Assembly (NCBI RefSeq): GCF_902652985.1
Contig: NC_047029.1
Span: forward strand, 5,456,001 to 5,520,000
Reading direction: 5' to 3'
Origin: Pecten maximus
Taxonomy: Eukaryota
DNA: 64,000 bases
The notes under the pieces are model-generated. The model worked only from the letters and a program-made list of their open reading frames with translations, was not told where the DNA came from and ran no database searches. A program made the translations under genes and the position numbers. Shown here in pieces: positions 25,515 to 39,219 of the stretch; the stretch's first letter is position 1; each line of letters opens with the position of its first letter.

Positions 25515-26696
25515 TATACCGTTAGGTCAGAAAGTTTACATTTTTTTACAATATCGATTATTCATTATGACGTCATCTTTAACGAGTTTCAGCTGTCTTT
25601 TCCTGCACCAAGGGAGATGTAGAGAGTGCCAATGCAATATCGAATTTATTAAACGAGTTTGATAATTTGATATTTGACGAGCCTTTTAAGAGGATATCAT
25701 AAAATTTTTTATTAAACTAATAAAGCAATACATTTTCAAAGTGTAGGGATGTCCAATAATCGTAAGAAATATATGTAATATCACTATTGTGACGTCATAG
25801 TATATATATGAGGACGCACCATTGTCAGTTTAAAGCCTCTCTTATATCAAAATTAATTTGGAAGTATTCACTTATATTTCATAAATATGAGTTATGCAAT
25901 AAACAGAATATTACACTCCTGGCTATGTAATATGAAATATATTTCAATAACTGTATATAGGCCACTCGCCTGAATGCTTGTGGTACATATATATCAAATT
26001 ATTGAACGGGGTTTCGCTACACTTCACATGGGGTAGAGATAGATAGCTGAAACGCGTTATGACGTCAAAATAAATTATTTCCATGGTGTCATTGTATTGT
26101 TTCCGTGAGTTCATAAAACAAATCCTTTAATTTCTATATTCAAATTGAAATCACGACCCTTGAAATTTAAAGAATGTAAAGAATGTACAACAAACCACAG
26201 CTCGCAGTTTAGTTTAAATGATTAAATATCATTTTGAAAGAAATACAACCCCGAATCATTGGCCTGCATTATACTTCAGCTAATGCATGCTATTTGTTCA
26301 TGTGTAATAAACCATTAATCTTTTTTTGGAATCGTTTACTTAATTATAGAATACAAGACGACATCTAAACTGCTGGTTTGTTCCAGAAGATATGATTAAG
26401 CATACCTAATTTTGCTTTAATTATACTTGTAAATACGTGATATTGTCGGTGTTTGTCGACATCAGTCCTTTCACACTTTTGGTTGGTTTAAGCTATTTCA
26501 TATACATGTACAATCATTTTATCCACTATCTATTGGCCAAAATGACCATCTCTTGTGGTGATGGAACAGTTAAGAATATTACAACACGAATATAATATGT
26601 TTATAACATATCAGAAACGACATTTAATGCGTTTTGAAAAAAAAAACTTTATTTATTTACAACAATTGCGAAACAAGTTATGCGTGTTATAAAGTC

Positions 26697-29600
26697 ATCA
26701 CAGTCCACGTCAATTGTCATGTTTTGTACTCATTTCAAATCACCATGCACGCTACCTGTCCTGCATTATACTCAATACAGATCAACTTCACGACACCATT
26801 CTTACGTTTTACTCATTACAGATCACCCTCAACGTCACCTGTCGTACTTATTACATATCACCCTCCACGTCACCTGTCTTACTCATTACAGATCACCCTC
26901 CACGTCACCCATCTTACTCATTACAGATCACCCTCCACGTCACCCGTCTTACTCATTACAGATCACCCTCCACGTCACCCGTCTTACTCATTACAGATCA
27001 CCCTCCACGTCACCTGTCTTACTCATTACAGATCACCCTCCACGTCACCCGTCTAACTTATTACAGATCACCCTCCACGTCACCTGTCTTACTCATTACA
27101 GATCACCGTCTACGTCACCCGTCTTACTCATTACAGATCACCCTCTACGACACCCGTCTTACTCATTACAGATCACCCTCCACGTCACCCGTCTAACTTA
27201 TTACAGATCACCCTCCACGTCACCCGTCTTACTCATTACAGATCACCCTCCACGTCACCCATCTTACTCATTACAGATCACCCTCCACGTCACCAGTCTT
27301 ACTCATTACAGATCACCCTCCACGTCACCAGTCTTACTCATTACAGATCACCCTCCACGTCACCCGTCTTACTCATTACAGATCACCCTCCACGTCACCT
27401 GTCTAACTCATTACAGATCACCCTCCACGTCACCCATCTTACTCATTACAGATCACCCTCCATGTCACCCTGTCTTACTCATTACAGATCACCCTCCACG
27501 TCACCCGTCTTACTCATTACAGATCACCCTCCACGTCACCCGTCTTACTCATTACAGATCACCCTCCACGTCACCCGTCTTACTCATTACAGATCACCCT
27601 CCACGTCACCCGTCTTACTCATTACAGATCACCCTCCACGTCACCCGTCTTACTCATTACAGATCACCCTCCACGTCACCCGTCTTACTCATTACAGATC
27701 ACCCTCCACGTCACCCTGTCTTACTCATTACATATCACCCTCCACGTCACCCATCTTACTCATTACAGATCACCTTCCACGTCACCCGTCTTACTCATTA
27801 CAGATCACTCTCCACGTCACCCATCCTACTCATTACATATCACCCTCCACGTCACCTGTCTTACTCATTACAGATCACTCTCCACGTCACCAGTCTTACT
27901 TATTACAGATCACCCTCCACGTCACCCGTCTTACTCATTACAGATCACCCTCCACGTCACCCGTCTTACTCATTACAGATCACCCTCCACGTCACCCGTC
28001 TTACTCATTACAGATCACCCTCCACGTCACCCGTCTAACTCATTACAGATCACCCTCCACGTCACCCGTCTTACTTATATATCACCCTCCACGTCACCCG
28101 TCTTACTTATTACAGATCACCCTCCACGTCACCCGTCTTACTCATTACAGATCACCCTCCACGTCACCCGTCTAACTCATTACAGATCACCCTCCACGTC
28201 ACCCGTCTTACTTATATATCACCCTCCACGTCACCCGTCTTACTCATTACAGATCACCCTCCACGTCACCTGTCTTACTCATTACATATCACCCTCCACG
28301 TCACCCATCTTACTTATTACATATCACCCTCCACGTCACCTGTCTTACTCATTACAGATCACCCTCCACGTCACCCATCTTACTCATTACAGATCACCCT
28401 CCACGTCACCCGTCTTACTCATTACAGATCACCCTCCACGTCACCCGTCTTACTCATTACAGATCACCCTCCACGTCACCTGTCTTACTCATTACAGATC
28501 ACCCTCCACGTCACCCGTCTAACTTATTACAGATCACCCTCCACGTCACCTGTCTTACTCATTACAGATCACCCTCTACGTCACCCGTCTTACTCATTAC
28601 AGATCACCCTCTACGTCACCCGTCTTACTCATTACAGATCACCCTCCACGTCACCCGTCTAACTTATTACAGATCACCCTCCACGTCACCCGTCTTACTC
28701 ATTACAGATCACCCTCCACGTCACCCATCTTACTCATTACAGATCACCCTCCACGTCACCAGTCTTACTCATTACAGATCACCCTCCACGTCACCAGTCT
28801 TACTCATTACAGATCACCCTCCACGTCACCCGTCTTACTCATTACAGATCACCCTCCACGTCACCTGTCTAACTCATTACAGATCACCCTCCACGTCACC
28901 CATCTTACTCATTACAGATCACCCTCCATGTCACCCTGTCTTACTCATTACAGATCACCCTCCACGTCACCCGTCTTACTCATTACAGATCACCCTCCAC
29001 GTCACCCGTCTTACTCATTACAGATCACCCTCCACGTCACCCGTCTTACTCATTACAGATCACCCTCCATGTCACCCGTCTTACTCATTACAGATCACCC
29101 TCCACGTCACCCGTCTTACTCATTACAGATCACCCTCCACGTCACCCGTCTTACTCATTACAGATCACCCTCCACGTCACCCTGTCTTACTCATTACATA
29201 TCACCCTCCACGTCACCCATCTTACTCATTACAGATCACCCTCCACGTCACCCGTCTTACTCATTACAGATCACTCTCCACGTCACCCATCCTACTCATT
29301 ACATATCACCCTCCACGTCACCTGTCTTACTCATTACAGATCACTCTCCACGTCACCAGTCTTACTTATTACAGATCACCCTCCACGTCACCCGTCTTAC
29401 TCATTACAGATCACCCTCCACGTCACCCGTCTTACTCATTACAGATCACCCTCCACGTCACCCGTCTTACTCATTACAGATCACCCTCCACGTCACCCGT
29501 CTAACTCATTACAGATCACCCTCCACGTCACCCGTCTTACTTATATATCACCCTCCACGTCACCCGTCTTACTTATTACAGATCACCCTCCACGTCACCC

Positions 29601-32600
29601 GTCTTACTCATTACAGATCACCCTCCACGTCACCCGTCTAACTCATTACAGATCACCCTCCACGTCACCCGTCTTACTTATATATCACCCTCCACGTCAC
29701 CCGTCTTACTCATTACAGATCACCCTCCACGTCACCCATCTTACTCATTACAGATCACCCTCCACGTCACCAGTCTTACTCATTACAGATCACCCTCCAC
29801 GTCACCAGTCTTACTCATTACAGATCACCCTCCACGTCACCCGTCTTACTCATTACAGATCACCCTCCACGTCACCTGTCTAACTCATTACAGATCACCC
29901 TCCACGTCACCCATCTTACTCATTACAGATCACCCTCCATGTCACCCTGTCTTACTCATTACAGATCACCCTCCACGTCACCCGTCTTACTCATTACAGA
30001 TCACCCTCCACGTCACCCCGTCTTACTCATTACAGATCACCCTCCACGTCACCCTGTCTTACTCATTACATATCACCCTCCACGTCACCCATCTTACTCA
30101 TTACAGATCACCTTCCACGTCACCCGTCTTACTCATTACAGATCACTCTCCACGTCACCCATCCTACTCATTACATATCACCCTCCACGTCACCTGTCTT
30201 ACTCATTACAGATCACTCTCCACGTCACCAGTCTTACTTATTACAGATCACCCTCCACGTCACCCGTCTTACTCATTACAGATCACCCTCCACGTCACCC
30301 GTCTTACTCATTACAGATCACCCTCCACGTCACCCGTCTTACTCATTACAGATCACCCTCCACGTCACCCGTCTAACTCATTACAGATCACCCTCCACGT
30401 CACCCGTCTTACTTATATATCACCCTCCACGTCACCCGTCTTACTTATTACAGATCACCCTCCACGTCACCCGTCTTACTCATTACAGATCACCCTCCAC
30501 GTCACCCGTCTAACTCATTACAGATCACCCTCCACGTCACCCGTCTTACTTATATATCACCCTCCACGTCACCCGTCTTACTCATTACAGATCACCCTCC
30601 ACGTCACCTGTCTTACTCATTACATATCACCCTCCACGTCACCCATCTTACTTATTACATATCACCCTCCACGTCACCCGTCTTACTTATTACATATCAC
30701 CCTCCACGTCACCAGTCTTACTTATTACAGATCACCCTCCACGTCACCCGTCTTACTCATTACAGATCACCCTCCACGTCACCCGTCTTACTCATTACAG
30801 ATCACCATCCACGTCACCCTGTCTTACTCATTACAGATCACCCTCCACGTCACCTGTCTAACTCATTACAGATCACCCTCCACGTCACCAGTCTTATTCA
30901 TAACAGATCACCCTCCACGTCACCCATCTTACTCATTACAGATCACCCTCCACGTCACCAGTCTTACTTATTACAGATCACCCTCCACGTCACCCATCTT
31001 ACTTATTACATATCACCCTCCACGTCACCCATCTTATTCATTACAGATCACCCTCCACGTCACCCATCTTACTTATTACAGATCACCCTCCACGTCACCC
31101 GTCTTACTCATTACAGATCACCCTCCACGTCACCCGTCTTACTTATTACATATCACCCTCCACGTCACCCGTCTTACTCATTACAGATCACCCTCCACGT
31201 CACCCGTCTTACTCATAACAGATCACCCTCCACGTCACCCGTCTTACTCATTACAGATCACCCTCCACGTCACCCGTCTTACTCATTACAGATCACCCTC
31301 CACGTCACCCTGTCTTATTCATTACAGATCACCCTCCACGTCACCCCGTCTTATTCATTACATATCACCCTCCACGTCACCCATCTTACTCATTACAGAT
31401 CACCCTCCACGTCACCCATCTTACTCATTACAGATCACCCTCCACGTCACCCGTCTTACTCATTACAGATCACCCTCCACGTCACCCATCTTACTCATTA
31501 CAGATCACCCTCCACGTCACCCATCTTACTCATTACATATCACCCTCCATGTCACCCGTCTTACTCATTACCTATCACCCTCCACGTCACCCATCTTACT
31601 CATTACAGATCACCCTCCACGTCACCCATCTTACTCATAACAGATCACCCTCCACGTCACCCGTCTTACTCATTACATATCACCCTCCACGTCACCAGTC
31701 TTACTTATTACAGATCACCCTCCACGTCACCCATCTTACTCATTACATATCACCCTCCACGTCACCAGTCTTACTTATTACATATCACCCTCCACGTCAC
31801 CCGTCTTATTCATAACATATCACCCTCCACGTCACCCGTCTAACTTATTACAGATCACCCTCCACGTCACCCGTCTTACTCATTACAGATCACCCTCCAC
31901 GTCACCAGTCTTACTTATTACATATCACCCTCCACGTCACCCATCTTACTCATTACAGATCACCCTCCACGTCACCCATCTTACTTATTACAGATCACCC
32001 TCCACGTCACCCGTCTTACTCATTACAGATCACCCTCCACGTCACCAGTCTTACTTATTACAGATCACCCTCCACGTCACCCGTCTTACTTATTACAGAT
32101 CACCCTCCACGTCACCCGTCTAACTTATTACTTATCACCCTCCACGTCACCCGTCTTACTCATTACAGATCACCCTCCACGTCACCTGTCTTACTCATTA
32201 CATATCACCCTCCACGTCACCCGTCTAACTCATTACAGATCACCCTCCACGTCACCCGTCTTACTCATTACAGATCACCCTCCACGTCACCCGTCTTACT
32301 CATTACAGATCACCCTCCACGTCACCCGTCTTACTCATTACAGATCACCCTCCACGTCACCTGTCTTACTCATTACAGATCACTCTCCACGTCACCCTGT
32401 CTAACTTATTACAGATCACCCTCCACGTCACCTGTCTTACTCATTACAGATCACCCTCTACGTCAACCGTCTTACTCATTACAGATCACCCTCCACGTCA
32501 CCTGTCTTACTCATTACAGATCACCCTCCACGTCACCCGTCTAACTCATTACAGATCACCCTCCACGTCACCCGTCTTACTCATTACAGATCACCCTCCA

Positions 32601-35084
32601 CGTCACCTGTCTTACTCATTACAGATCACCCTCCACGTCACCCGTCTAACTCATTACAGATCACCCTCCACGTCACCCGTCTTACTCATTACATATCACC
32701 CTCCACGTCACCCGTCTAACTCATTACAGATCACCCTCCACGTCACCCGTCTTACTCATTACAGATCACCCTCCACGTCACCTGTCTTACTCATTACAGA
32801 TCACCCTCCACGTCACCCGTCTAACTCATTACAGATCACCCTCCACGTCACCCGTCTTACTCATTACAGATCACCCTCCACGTCACCCCGTCTTACTCAT
32901 TACATATCACCCTCCACGTCACCTGTTTTATTCATTACAGATCACCCTCCACGGCACCTGTCTTACTCATTACAGATCACCCTCCACGTCACCCGTCTAA
33001 CTCATTACAGACCACCCTCCACGTCACCTGTCTTACTCATTACAGATCACCCTCCACGGCACCTGTCTTACTCATTACAGATCACCCTCCACGTCACCCG
33101 TCTTACTCATTACATATCACCCTCCACGTCACCCGTCTTACTCATAACAGATCACCCTCCACGTCACCCTGTCTTACTCATTACATATCACCCTCCACGT
33201 CACCTGTCTTACTCATTACAGATCACCCTCCACGTCACCCGTCTTACTCATTACAGATCACCCTCCACGTCACCTGTCTTACTTATATATCACCCTCCAC
33301 GTCACCCGTCTTACTCATTACAGATCACCCTCCACGTCACCCGTCTTACTCATTACATATCACCCTCCACGTCACCCATCTTACTTATTACAGATCACCC
33401 TCCATGTTACCTGTCTTACTTATTACAGATCACCCTCCACGTCACCCGTCTAACTCATTACAGATCACCCTCCACGTCACCCTGTCTTACTCATTACATA
33501 TCACCCTCCACGTCACCAGTCTTACTTATTACAGATCACCCTCCACGTCACCCGTCTTACTCATTACAGATCACCCTCCACGTCACCCGTCTTACTCATT
33601 ACAGATCACCCTCCACGTCACCCGTCTAACTTATTACAAATCACCCTCCACGTCACCTGTCTTACTCATTACAGATCACCCTCCACGTCACCCGTCTTAC
33701 TTATTACAGATCACCCTCCACGTCACCCGTCTTACTCATTACAGATCACCCTCCACGTCACCCGTCTTACTCATTACAGATCACCCTCCACGTCACCAGT
33801 CTTATTCATTACAGATCACCCTCCACGTCACCCATCTTACTCATAACAGACCACCCTCCACGTCACCTGTCTTACTCATTACAGATCACCCTCCACGTCA
33901 CCCGTCTTACTCATTACAGATCACCCTCCACGTCACCCGTCTTACTCATTACAGATCACCCTCCACGTCACCCATCTTACTCATTACAGATCACCCTCCA
34001 CGTCACCCATCTTACTTATTACAGATCACCCTCCACGTCACCCGTCTTACTCATTACAGATCACCCTCCACGTCACCCGTCTTACTCATTACAGATCACC
34101 CTCCACGTCACCCATCTTACTCATTACAGATCACCCTCCACGTCACCCATCTTACTCATTACAGATCACCCTCCACGTCACCCGTCTTACTCATTACAGA
34201 TCACCCTCCACGTCACCCGTCTAACTCATTACAGATCACCCTCCACGTCACCCGTCTAACTCATTACAGACACCCTCCACGTCACCCGTCTTACTCATTA
34301 CAGATCACCCTCCACGTCACCCGTCTAACTCATTACAGATCACCCTCCACGTCACCCGTCTAACTCATTACAGACACCCTCCACGTCACCCGTCTTACTC
34401 ATTACAGATCACCCTCCACGTCACCCGTCTTACTCATTACAGATCACCCTCCACGTCACCCGTCTTACTCATTACAGATCACCCTCCACGTCACCCGTCT
34501 TACTCATTACAGATCACCCTCCACGTCACCAGTCTTATTCATTACAGATCACCCTCCACGTCACCCATCTTACTCATAACAGACCACCCTCCACGTCACC
34601 TGTCTTACTCATTACAGATCACCCTCCACGTCACCCATCTTACTCATTACAGATCACCCTCCACGTCACCTGTCTAACTCATTACAGATCACCCTCCACG
34701 TCACCTGTCTTACTCATTACAGATCACTCTCCACGTCACCCATCTTACTCATTACATATCACCCTCCACGTCACCTGTCTTACTCATTACAGATCACCCT
34801 CCACGTCACCCATCTTACTCATTACAGATCACCCTCCACGTCACCTGTCTTACTCATTACAGATCACCCTCCACGTCACCCTGTCTTACTTATTATAGAT
34901 CACCCTCCACGTCACCCATCTTACTCATTACATATCATCCTCCACGTCACCCGTCTTACTCATTACAGATCACCCTCCACGTCACCCGTCTTAATTATTA
35001 CAGATCACCCTCCATGTCACCTGTCTTACTTATTACATATCACCCTCCACGTCACCTGTCTTACTCATTACAGATCACCCTCCA
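26697..35084 (+). repeat. 35-bp tandem array (~236 copies, ~8.3 kb) derived from the intron/exon-2 junction of the GPCR
   Basis: Unit actcattacag-atcaccctccacgtcacccgtctt versus the exon junction ttgccag-gtcaccctccacgccacctgtcttac at 35106-35138. Confidence 0.97.
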
Positions 35085-35112
35085 GTTAATTTGTCTTACT
35101 TTGTCTTGCCAG

Positions 35113-35248
35113 GTCACCCTCCACGCCACCTGTCTTACGTTGATGGCCATGACGATAGACCGATACTTCGCCATCGTCTTTCCTATACAGTCTATGAACT
35201 GGCGGAACGCTCTCGTGGCCACCATTGTCAGCGTTGCCGTATGGATCG
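35113..35248 (+). CDS. GPCR second coding exon (TM3 with DRY, ICL2, TM4), 136 nt
   Basis: ttgccag acceptor, VTLHATCLTLMAMTIDRYFAIVFPI...VSVAVWI, gtgagt donor; phase 0 to phase 1, compatible with both neighbouring exons. Confidence 0.95.
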
Positions 35249-35383
35249 GTGAGTTCTGTAATCTGATTGACATATAATGGTCTTGTGAATCCACGTGTTT
35301 AAGATTATTGTCTGAGTATAGCTACAACCGTTGAAATAATACAGATATGGATAACAATCATAATCAAAGGTGTATCTCTTACT

Positions 35384-35508
35384 CATACCGCAGCCTCCCA
35401 AAACACACATACGCACTCGCTACACGCATACATGTCGCACGCATGGGAGGCCGTCCTTAAATGACCTTAGCTGTTAATAGGACGTTAAACAAAATAAACC
35501 AAACCAAA
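35384..35508 (+). mobile_element. 5'-truncated copy of the long SINE with a perfect 12-bp target-site duplication
   Basis: TSD gtatctcttact at 35372-35383 and 35509-35520; roughly 90% identical to the reverse complement of 22667-22795. Confidence 0.92.
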
Positions 35509-35883
35509 GTATCTCTTACTTTATTTCAGTGTACATAGCATGCTTCTTTTTAACTTAAGATATTTCTTATGGTCACTATGAAATGGGGGCGCCATGACAG
35601 GTAGCATGATATGACCTCAACATGTATCTTTGAAATGTCACATTTTTCTCAATAATTGCTAAATTATGCACAAACGCAAAATTAAATATCAGTTTATATA
35701 ATTATATCAAAAACTCCCGTGAAAATATGCATTCACTCATTACGTGCAAGTTTAAAAAAATATTCAGTAATCTTCCCAAAATCAAGAAAAAGAGTGCCTT
35801 GATCTTTGTCAGAAGAATATTTCACAAATGAAATCATTTTGACCGTTAAATTTGTCCTCGCCAGTTTGTATTTGAAGAATAAT

Positions 35884-38345
35884 TATATTTGTTTGTATAT
35901 ATACGACAGAAGATATATTTTGTTTATATACGACATACATGATATATTGTGTCTGTATATACGACATACAAGATATATTGTGTCTGTGTATATGACAGAA
36001 GATATATTGTGTTTGTATATACGACAGAAGATATACGTAGTGTGTCTGTATATACGACATACAAGATATATTTTGTTTGTATATACGACAGAAGATATAT
36101 TTTGTTTGTATATACGACAGAAGATATATTGTGTCTGTATATATGACATACAAGATATATTGTGTCTGTATATATGAAATACAAGATATATTGTGTTTGT
36201 ATATACGACATACAAGATATATTTGGTTTGTATATACGACATACAAGATATATTGTGTTTGTATATACGACACAAGATATACGTAGTGTGTCTGTATATA
36301 CGACAGAAGATATATTGTGTTTGTATATACGACAGAAGATATATTTTGTTTGTATATATGACATACAAGATATTTTGTGTTTGTATATACGACAGAAGAT
36401 ATATTTTGTTTGTATATACGACAGAAGATATATTGTGTTTGTATATACGACATACAAGATATTTTGTGTTTGTATATACGACAGAAGATATATTTTGTTT
36501 GTATATACGACAGAAGATATATTGTGTTTGTATATACGACAGAAGATATATTGTGTTTGTATATATGACATACAAGATATTTTGTGTTTGTATATACGAC
36601 AGAAGATATATTTTGTTTGTATATACGACAGAAGATATATTGTGTTTGTATATACGACATACAAGATATTTTGTGTTTGTATATACGACATAGATATATA
36701 TTGTGTTTGTATATATGACATACAAGATATTTTGTGTTTGTATATACGACAGAAGATATATTTTGTTTGTATATACGACAGAAGATATATTGTGTTTGTA
36801 TATACGACATACAAGATATATTGTGTTTGTATATACGACATACAAGATATATTGTGTCTGTATATATGACATACAAAATATATTGTGTTTGTATATACGA
36901 CATACAAGATATATTTGGTTTGTATATATGACATACAAGATATATTGTGTCTGTATATACGACATACAAAAGATATTGTGTTTGTATATACGACATACAA
37001 GATATATTTGGTTTGTATATATGACATACAAGATATATTGTGTCTGTATATACGACATACAAAATATATTGTGTCTGTATATATGACATACAAGATATAT
37101 TGTGTCTGTATATACGACAGAAGATATATTGTGTCTGTATATACGACATACAAAATATATTGTGTCTGTATATATGACATACAAGATATATTTGGTTTGT
37201 ATATACGACATACAAAATATATTGTGTCTGTATATATGACATACAAGATATATTGTGTCTGTATATACGACAGAAGATATATTGTCTGTATATACGACAT
37301 ACAAGATATATTGTGTTTGTATATATGACATACAAAATATATTGTGTCTGTATATACGACATACAAAATATATTGTGTCTGTATATACGACATACAATAT
37401 ATATTGTGTCTGTATATATGACATACAAAATATATTGTGTCTGTATATACGACATACAAAATATATTGTGTCTGTATATACGACATACAATATATATTGT
37501 GTCTGTATATACGACATACAATATATATTGTGTCTGTATATATGACATACAAGATATATTTGGTTTGTATATACGACATACAAGATATATCGTGTTTGTA
37601 TATACGACAGAAGATATATTGTGTCTGTATATATGACATACAAGATATATTGTGTCTGTATATATGACATACAAGATATATTTGGTTTGTATATACGACA
37701 TACAAGATATATTGTGTTTGTACATTTTGTATATACGACATACAAGATATATTGTGTCTGTATATATGACATACAAGATATATTTGGTTTGTATATACGA
37801 CATACAAGATATATTGTGTTTGTACATTTTGTATATACGACATACAAGATATATTGTGTCTGTATATATGACATACAAGATATATTGTGTCTGTATATAT
37901 GACATACAAGATATATTGTGTTTGTACATTTTGTATATACGACATACAAGATATATTGTGTCGGTATATATGACATACAAGATATATTGTGTCTGTATAT
38001 ATGACATACAAGATATATTTTGTTTGTATATACGACATACAAGATATATTGTGTCTGTATATATGACATACAAGATATATTGTGTCTGTATATATGACAT
38101 ACAAGATATATTGTGTCTGTATATATGACATATAAGATATATTGTGTCTGTATATACGACATACAAGATATATTGTGTCTGTATATATGACATACAAGAT
38201 ATATTGTGTCTGTATATATGACATACAAGATATATTGTGTCTGTATATATGACATACAAGATATATTGTGTCTGTATATACGACATACAAGATATATTGT
38301 GTCTGTATACAATGTATATGACATAGATATATTTGGTTTGCATAT
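35884..38345. repeat. 29/31-bp AT-rich tandem array, about 80 copies
   Basis: Units tatattgtgtctgtatatacgacatacaaga (31 bp) and tatattgtgtttgtatatacgacagaaga (29 bp). Confidence 0.97.
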
Positions 38346-39219
38346 CCTATACCACGTACATCGCTTCTCGTCTTTACTTTGTTAGCTTGATTTACTCCCT
38401 AATGCCATGTTGCCAATAATTGATTCACTTTGATCAGACATATACATTTAAGTATTCCATCAGACCACGAAATGAACACTCTGATGGCGGCGGTAGGTGG
38501 TATGTGATCTGATCAATATGTATTACCCACATCGACATGAGTCTGTACGTTACCATGTCCCGACTCATCATGTCGAAACATGCAATCTCCGATGACATTA
38601 GAGGGTATAAGAAAAGAAGACATGTAACGTTTTATATTTGTGACGGTCATCCATCACAGATCGAACACTCGGAGTTCTCCATTAATAAAGGTTAGTTATG
38701 GGTAGAAGACATACTCAATGTAAACAGGTCGATTATGTGTTGAAAGCATGCTTCTTCAGACATCACACCCGTCTACATTATCGTATACAGCGTTTTCAAG
38801 GTTATTTGCTAAAGTGTCAGTCCAAAGTTGGTTAGCATGAACCACGTATCATGAGAGAGAAGTCGCTTTCAGGAATCTTTACAAGAGGACATGGACATCA
38901 GATAGTGGAAAAAAAATAGTGGGGTTACTAAAGCTGAGGTTTGCAAACAGCAGAAACAAATTGAACTGTCTTATCATGATTTAAACCTTATGTTAAACAT
39001 TTAAACCAAAGACTGATTGCTTGGTAGAAGATTTAACGGCCCATCAACATCTATGGTAATGTAGGCCTAACAAAGCATATTGGACATCAAACAAGGACGT
39101 ACAGTCTTTAAAATTTATATATTTTATCAATAAAAAAGAAATGAATGGCAATCTAGATTTTATAATACAAACCAAATTTCAGCATGGTGAACCTATCCAT
39201 GTTTTTTTTTTTTAATATC

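Noticed and set aside
26634-34363. His/Pro/Ser/Thr-rich ORFs up to 452 aa
   Set aside because: Translations of the 35-bp array cycling through frames; no independent gene structure.
35809-38343. Three overlapping 788-844 aa ORFs on the minus strand
   Set aside because: All three frames are open only because the repeat unit lacks stop triplets on that strand; the translations are periodic and low complexity.
17580-38345. CRISPR-like appearance of the 29-51-bp arrays
   Set aside because: Head-to-tail repeats with no unique spacers, no cas genes, eukaryotic intron context.
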